This document shows, piece by piece, positions 58,955 through 64,000 of a stretch of DNA of 64,000 bases. Where the stretch lies: the NCBI GenBank assembly GCA_035492455.1, contig DATJJE010000005.1, positions 16,961 to 80,960 of the forward strand, given 5' to 3'. Below the pieces are notes generated by a model. That model saw only the letters and a list, made by a program, of their open reading frames with translations, was not told the DNA's origin and ran no database searches. The DNA is from Vicinamibacterales bacterium (GTDB lineage Bacteria > Acidobacteriota > Vicinamibacteria > Vicinamibacterales > UBA2999). The position numbers and the translations under genes are program-made. Position 1 is the first letter of the stretch; every line of letters begins with the position of its first letter.

Positions 58955-59953
58955 TTACCCCGGAAAGAATGATGGGAGCGGCATGTCGCGCATTGACCGC
59001 AGCCCCGGTCGCGCCGTAATCACATGCGGAATCGAATTCACCGCCATCGAAGCGGTGGCGATGTCGCCGTGAATGCCGCCCTGCACTTTGGAGTAGAGCC
59101 GTGGTGAGCCGTCGATGAGCACGGAGTCGAACGACTCCGGTGCGCCGAGGTACGCATCGAGCTGCAGATGGATTTTGACCTCGTCGCCGATGTAGCCGAT
59201 CGCTTCCTGGCTAATGCCGGCAACGTAACCCGGGTCCACGGCGAGCAGCTCGCTATGCACCTCTTCTTCGGCCATCCATGGGCGGACCGTATCGGTGATG
59301 CGTGTGAGCGCCCAGCCCATGGCGTCGGCAATCATCGCGATCGATTCGGTGAACCCGACGTGCCGGACCGCTCCCAACGCAACCTGATGCTCGAATTGCT
59401 CCCGGGTAAGGCCGGCACCAATCTTCTGCTGAAATGGAAGCCGCCGCTGACGCGCGTCCTGCACGCGCCTCACCTCGATGCGGTTCACGTGTTCGCAGAC
59501 CGAGGTCATCACAATCGGCAGCGCGTCCATTGCAAACCCGGGGTTGACGCCGGTGCCAAGGACGGCAACTTTTGCCTTGCGCGCCATCTCATCGATCCGC
59601 TTCGCCAGGCGGCGGTTGCGCGGAGCGGGATAGGACAGTTCTTCGGTCGTCGAGACGATCGGGATGCGCAGCTTGCACAGCGTCTCCAACTGCGGCATCA
59701 CGCTCGTGAGCGATGAGGAAGTGCAATGCACGACGACGTCGGGCTTGGCCGACTTCGCGGCCTGCCGCGCGTCTTTCGAGACTTTGATGCGAAGCCTCTT
59801 ACTCAGCTCGGCGATTTCGCCGACGTCGCGTCCGACTTTGTTCGGATCGATATCGACGGCAGCGACGATGCGGAAGCCCTTGCGCTCGGCGAGTTGGCGC
59901 GCAACGGCACAGCCAATAGGCCCGAGCCCGACGTGCATCACGCGGATAGTCAT
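58955..59953 (-). CDS. NAD(P)-binding DapB-N-like / amine-dehydrogenase-family oxidoreductase
   Basis: MTIRVMHVGLGPIGCAVARQL is a Rossmann GxGxxG motif. The start is set at 59953 because the track N-terminus (MIGDSWVNHQSLTANHESL) is translation of the repeat. Confidence 0.7.
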   Translation of the reverse strand: MTIRVMHVGLGPIGCAVARQLAERKGFRIVAAVDIDPNKVGRDVGEIAELSKRLRIKVSKDARQAAKSAKPDVVVHCTSSSLTSVMPQLETLCKLRIPIVSTTEELSYPAPRNRRLAKRIDEMARKAKVAVLGTGVNPGFAMDALPIVMTSVCEHVNRIEVRRVQDARQRRLPFQQKIGAGLTREQFEHQVALGAVRHVGFTESIAMIADAMGWALTRITDTVRPWMAEEEVHSELLAVDPGYVAGISQEAIGYIGDEVKIHLQLDAYLGAPESFDSVLIDGSPRLYSKVQGGIHGDIATASMAVNSIPHVITARPGLRSMRDMPLPSFFPG

Positions 59954-60034
59954 AAGCGATTCGTGATTTGCAGTTAGTGATTGGTGATTCACCCACGAAT
60001 CACCAATCACAAACGCTTAATGTAACATTCGCGC
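59954..60034. repeat. Heptamer-periodic inverted repeat filling a divergent intergenic gap
   Basis: GATTCGT GATTTGC AGTTAGT GATTGGT GATTCAC | CCACGAA TCACCAA TCACAAA. Perfect 14-bp arms at 59977-59990 and 59997-60010 with a 6-nt loop. An outer AAGCG/CGCTT pair is also present. Confidence 0.85.
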
Positions 60035-61984
60035 GTGCGACCGCTGATTCTTTTCGCGGCTGGGCTCGTGATGCTGTGCACCGGTGTCGCAGAGAGCTCT
60101 CAAAAGTACGATCAACCCGTACCAGGAGCGCGCTCACCACGGAATGCCAGCTACGACATCGACGTGCGCCTCGAGCCTGGCGACCGGTCGCTGCACGGCA
60201 CCGAGCGCATCCGTTGGCGCAACATCAGCGCGAATCCAACGAGTGAGCTGCAGTTCCATCTGTACTGGAATGCATGGCGCAACGGCGAATCCACCTGGCT
60301 GCGCGAGCGGCGTCTCGGCGGGAACACCGCCACGCCTCGCAGCGATGCGTGGGGATGGACCGACATCAGGCAGCTCCGCGTCCGCTGGGCCGACAATCGG
60401 ATCGATGCGCTGACGCCGCGGTTGCATTTCATCGCGCCCGACGATGGCAACACGGCGGATCAGACCGTCGCCTCCGTGCCATTACCGCGATCCGTTGCGC
60501 CGAACGAAACCATCGACATCGACATCGAATGGTCGGCGAAGATTCCGCGGCCGTTCTCCCGCACCGGCTACATCGACCAGTACTACTTCTTCGGCCAGTG
60601 GTTCCCGAAGCTTGGGGTACTCGAGGATGCAGGGTGGAACACGCACCAGTTCCACTCTGGAACGGAGTTCTACTCCGACTACGGTGTTTACGACGTGCGC
60701 ATGACGGTGCCGCACGGCTATGTCGTCGGTGCGTCAGGACGCCAAGTGAGCGTTGGCGACGGTCCGAACGGCAGCGCGATTCACCGATACCACGAGGAGG
60801 ACATCCACGATTTCGCGTGGACCACGAGCCCGCATTTCCTCGTACGCACGCGCGCGTTCCAGCATTCGACGCTTCCCCACGTACAGATGCGGCTTCTGCT
60901 GCAGCCCGAGCATGCGGATCAGGAGGATCGGCATTTCGACTCCACGGTCGCGGCGCTGCAGAACTATGGCGAGTGGTTCGGCGCCTATCCGTACGACCAC
61001 GTCACGGTCGTCGATCCTGCTTTTCAAAGCGCGAGCCGCGGCATGGAGTATCCGACGCTGTTCACCGCCGGCACACGGTGGATTGCGCCGCGCCGCGATA
61101 TCGCGCTGGAGGAAGTGACGATTCACGAAGCCGGCCACCAATGGTGGTACGGCGTCGTCGGCAGCAACGAGTTCGAGCACGCGTGGATGGACGAAGGCAT
61201 CAACCAGTTCTCGGAGGCGCGGGCCGATGATGTGGCGTTCGGCGCGAACAACTATCTGGTGCGCCGCTATTTCGGCGGATTTGTTCCTTGGGTCTTCAAG
61301 GACATCCGCGTGCAGCGCCATTGGGACGAGGGAATCAGCGGCTATCGCGTCCAGGCGGAATCCGATGCGGAGGCAACGCCATCGTTCCGCTATTGGCCGT
61401 CCACGGGCGGCAACATCACCTACTTCAAGACCGCGCTCTGGCTGCACACGCTGGAGAAGTGGTTTGGATGGTCGACCTTGCAGCGCGGCATGTCGGTCTA
61501 TTTCGAACGCTGGAAGTTCCGCCATCCGCAGCCGGAAGACTTTTTCGCGGCAATCAGCGAGGCAGCGGGCCGCGACCTGACCCCCTTCTGGAATGAGGTG
61601 TACCGCGGCTCGAATACGTTTGACTACGGCGTGCAGCAGTTGACGAGCACTCCGGCCGGACCAGGCAAATTTCGCACGACCGTCGTGGCTCGCAGATTCG
61701 GCGAAGCAACCTTTCCGGTCGACGTCGTGACGACCTTCAGCGATGGAACAAAGAAGACTGAACGATGGGACGGCGTTGAGCGGCGAATCATCTACCGGTA
61801 TGACTCGAAGGTGCGCGCACGATCGGTGCAAGTCGATCCCGATCGAGTGCTGATGCTTGATGTGAACTACACGAACAACAGCCGCACGCTGCAGCCGCGC
61901 GCAGGCGAAGCCAGCTTGAAATGGAGCCTCAAGTGGATGACGTGGCTGCAGGATGTCCTGCTGACGTATGCGTCCCTGGTTTGA
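60035..61984 (+). CDS. M1-family zinc metallopeptidase (aminopeptidase N-like), secreted
   Basis: GTG start and signal peptide. GMEYP exopeptidase-like motif and HEAGHQWWYGVVGSNEFEHAWMDEG (HExxH-18-E). Confidence 0.88.
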   Translation: MRPLILFAAGLVMLCTGVAESSQKYDQPVPGARSPRNASYDIDVRLEPGDRSLHGTERIRWRNISANPTSELQFHLYWNAWRNGESTWLRERRLGGNTATPRSDAWGWTDIRQLRVRWADNRIDALTPRLHFIAPDDGNTADQTVASVPLPRSVAPNETIDIDIEWSAKIPRPFSRTGYIDQYYFFGQWFPKLGVLEDAGWNTHQFHSGTEFYSDYGVYDVRMTVPHGYVVGASGRQVSVGDGPNGSAIHRYHEEDIHDFAWTTSPHFLVRTRAFQHSTLPHVQMRLLLQPEHADQEDRHFDSTVAALQNYGEWFGAYPYDHVTVVDPAFQSASRGMEYPTLFTAGTRWIAPRRDIALEEVTIHEAGHQWWYGVVGSNEFEHAWMDEGINQFSEARADDVAFGANNYLVRRYFGGFVPWVFKDIRVQRHWDEGISGYRVQAESDAEATPSFRYWPSTGGNITYFKTALWLHTLEKWFGWSTLQRGMSVYFERWKFRHPQPEDFFAAISEAAGRDLTPFWNEVYRGSNTFDYGVQQLTSTPAGPGKFRTTVVARRFGEATFPVDVVTTFSDGTKKTERWDGVERRIIYRYDSKVRARSVQVDPDRVLMLDVNYTNNSRTLQPRAGEASLKWSLKWMTWLQDVLLTYASLV

Positions 61985-62957
61985 CGGCTGGCGACGTGTC
62001 TTCTCCGCGCCAGCGGCGATCGTCGGGGTCTTTATTCTGACCGTCGTGGCGGCGCTGCCGTTCGCACTCACGCTGCGCGATGTGTTGCAGGATCATTTCG
62101 GCGCCAGCCTCGCGGCGAACGAAGCGGCCGATTCGGTGAACTACGACTGGTGGCAGGAGTTCGCCGCACAGGCCGACGGCATCGGCACTACTTTCACGAC
62201 CAGCGTGATCGGCTTTGCCACGACGCTCGACAGCATCAGCGGCCTGCTGGATCGCCGACAACTGATCACGCCAATCGCGGCAGCCGTCGCGTTTTACCTT
62301 GCCGCGTGGCTGTTCGTGTCCGGCGGCATTCTCGATCGCTACGCACGCGGCCGCGGCATCGGCGCGTACGGGTTCTTCGCCGCCTCAGGCACGTTCTTCC
62401 TCCGCTTCCTGCGCCTCGGACTGATAGCCGCACTCGTGTATTGGCTTCTCTTTACGCGCGTTCATGAATGGCTGTTTGACCGCTACACGAACGCGACGCG
62501 CGACCTGGCCATCGAGCGCACGGTCTTCTACTGGCGCCTGATGACGTATGCGATCTTCACCGCACTTCTCGCACTGACGACGGTCGTTTTCGATTACGCG
62601 AAGGTGCGGACGGTGGTCGAAGACCGGCGAAGCATGGCCGGCGCGCTCATCGCCGGCATCCGCTTCATGGTCCACCACCCGCGACGTGTTCTGGCGGTTT
62701 ATCTGCTCAACACGCTCCTGTTCCTCATCGTCGTCGGTGTGTGGGCGTTGATTGCCCCCGGCGCTGGCGGGTCGGGGCTGTCGATGTGGATGGGGGTGTT
62801 CGCGGCGCAGTGTTATATCCTCGCGCGACTTGTCGTGAAGCTGCAGGTGATGGCGTCGGAGACGGCCGCGTTTCAGCAGTCGCTCGCCCATTGGGGTTAT
62901 ACGGCCGCGCCGATCAATGAGCAGCCGCTGCCACCCGTCCTTTCGGCCTCCGCATAA
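61968..62957 (+). CDS. Polytopic membrane protein, unknown function
   Basis: 329 aa with about 6 hydrophobic segments. It overlaps the peptidase 3' end by 17 nt. Confidence 0.55.
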   Translation: MRPWFDGWRRVFSAPAAIVGVFILTVVAALPFALTLRDVLQDHFGASLAANEAADSVNYDWWQEFAAQADGIGTTFTTSVIGFATTLDSISGLLDRRQLITPIAAAVAFYLAAWLFVSGGILDRYARGRGIGAYGFFAASGTFFLRFLRLGLIAALVYWLLFTRVHEWLFDRYTNATRDLAIERTVFYWRLMTYAIFTALLALTTVVFDYAKVRTVVEDRRSMAGALIAGIRFMVHHPRRVLAVYLLNTLLFLIVVGVWALIAPGAGGSGLSMWMGVFAAQCYILARLVVKLQVMASETAAFQQSLAHWGYTAAPINEQPLPPVLSASA

Positions 62958-64000
62958 TAAAAATCAACGGCAGCAGCATCAGGAATATTCCGCCGAGCAG
63001 GCGGAACAGCCATACGAACGAAACCATCGATGCCTGCTGCAGTAGAAATCCGTGCAGCGCCGCGTAGGCGCGTTCGGTTGCGGTGACCGCATCGACGCCG
63101 CGTGCCATGAAGGCGGCCTTCATCTGCGCGAGGACGGTCTGCGTCTGCGGGTCGTAGATGTTGATGTTCTCGCCCAGCCGCGCGGCGACCGTTTGACGCT
63201 GCCGCGTCAGCATTGTGCCCGTCACAGCGATGCCGACGCTTCCGCCAATATTCCTCATCAGGTTGAACAGGCTCGTCGCATTGCCCATCCGCTGCGGCGG
63301 TATCGCCTGCATCGTGGCCGTCGTCAGCGGAACAAACGTCAATGCCATGCCCGTTCCCTGAAGCAGCTGCGGCCAGAAGATGTCCCAGTAGCCGGCATTG
63401 AGGTTCAGCGACCCCAGCCAGATGAGCGTCAAACCGGCAACGGTGAAGCCGCAGGCGAGGAGCTTGCGTACGTCCACCTTGCTCGTGAGAAAGCCCACGA
63501 TCGGCATGAAGACCAGAGATCCCATGCCGCGCGGCGCCATCGCGATACCAGCCTGCATCGATGGATAACCGAGCAGCGTCTGCAGCATGACCGGCAGCAG
63601 CACCATGCTTCCGTAGAGCACGAAGCCGAGCATCGTCATCATGAACACTCCGGTTGCGTAGCTGCGCTCCTTGAACACACGCAGGTCGATGATCGGGTGT
63701 TCGGTGGTCCACTCGTGGATGATGAGAATCAGCAAGGTGACGCCCGAAATGATCGAGAGCGTCAGGATCGCGGTGTTCGAGAACCAGTCGACTTCCTGAC
63801 CTTTATCGAGCACGTACTGGAGCGCGCCGATTCCGACGACGAGCATGCCGATGCCCCAGTAGTCGATCCGTTCCGTCTCGCGCCGCAGGTACGGCGGATC
63901 GAAGACGAACATGTTCGTCATGATGATCGAGGCGATACCGACCGGCAGGTTGATGTAGAAAACCCAGCGCCAGCTGTAGCTGTCGGTCAGCCATCCACCA
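62914..64000 (-). CDS. DHA2 (EmrB/QacA-type) MFS efflux transporter, N-terminal part beyond window edge
   Basis: The frame is open to position 64000: ...GGWLTDSYSWRWVFYINLPVGIASIIM..., continuing through the track ORF (DYWGIGMLVVGIGALQYVLDKGQEVDWF). Confidence 0.85.
   Translation of the reverse strand, partial: GGWLTDSYSWRWVFYINLPVGIASIIMTNMFVFDPPYLRRETERIDYWGIGMLVVGIGALQYVLDKGQEVDWFSNTAILTLSIISGVTLLILIIHEWTTEHPIIDLRVFKERSYATGVFMMTMLGFVLYGSMVLLPVMLQTLLGYPSMQAGIAMAPRGMGSLVFMPIVGFLTSKVDVRKLLACGFTVAGLTLIWLGSLNLNAGYWDIFWPQLLQGTGMALTFVPLTTATMQAIPPQRMGNATSLFNLMRNIGGSVGIAVTGTMLTRQRQTVAARLGENINIYDPQTQTVLAQMKAAFMARGVDAVTATERAYAALHGFLLQQASMVSFVWLFRLLGGIFLMLLPLIFIMRRPKGRVAAAAH

Overview
GC-rich bacterial chromosome segment (by eye about mid-60s % GC, not computed). 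Gene content suggests Acidobacteriota, possibly Vicinamibacteria-like: CarboxypepD_reg-type TonB-dependent receptor, ECF sigma modules, orphan winged-helix regulator. This taxonomic call is inference only. No rRNA, tRNA, CRISPR array, transposase or integrase was recognised.

Layout, all calls from motif-level reading of the translations without any database search:
- purH (truncated by the window edge) and a cspA-type gene with a structured leader.
- A 12-gene minus-strand complex I operon, nuoABCDEF-HJKLMN. It has no nuoG or nuoI and carries two extra small genes at its 3' end.
- A glycosyltransferase-like gene and an orphan SagB-type dehydrogenase.
- An lhr-nei DNA-repair pair.
- A tightly packed minus-strand gas-vesicle operon: gvpA-like, gvpA, histidine kinase, response regulator, gvpF, gvpG, gvpF/L, gvpJ, gvpL, gvpK, DUF523.
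- yajQ, a DUF4956 gene, treY, and a PLD/cardiolipin-synthase-like gene.
- A run of accessory genes: nucleotidyltransferase, metallophosphoesterase, MOSC, NUDIX, DUF4097 proteins, an ECF sigma/anti-sigma module, cytochrome P460, ComB-like phosphatase, and response regulators with Cys-rich C-termini.
- A large TonB-dependent receptor, a Rieske-YceI-CxxCH protein operon, crcB, a PQQ-type sugar dehydrogenase, an M1 peptidase and a truncated DHA2 MFS pump.

Most interesting observations:
1. The gas-vesicle operon has a two-component system embedded between the structural and assembly genes and has no gvpN, gvpC or gvpO.
2. A family of AT-rich intergenic hairpins is built from inverted arrays of tandem heptanucleotides, at 4099-4180, 26329-26391, 37784-37900 and 59954-60034. 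A related coding heptamer repeat lies at 16172-16199.
3. The nuo operon lacks nuoG and nuoI.
4. The Rieske/YceI/CxxCH envelope operon.
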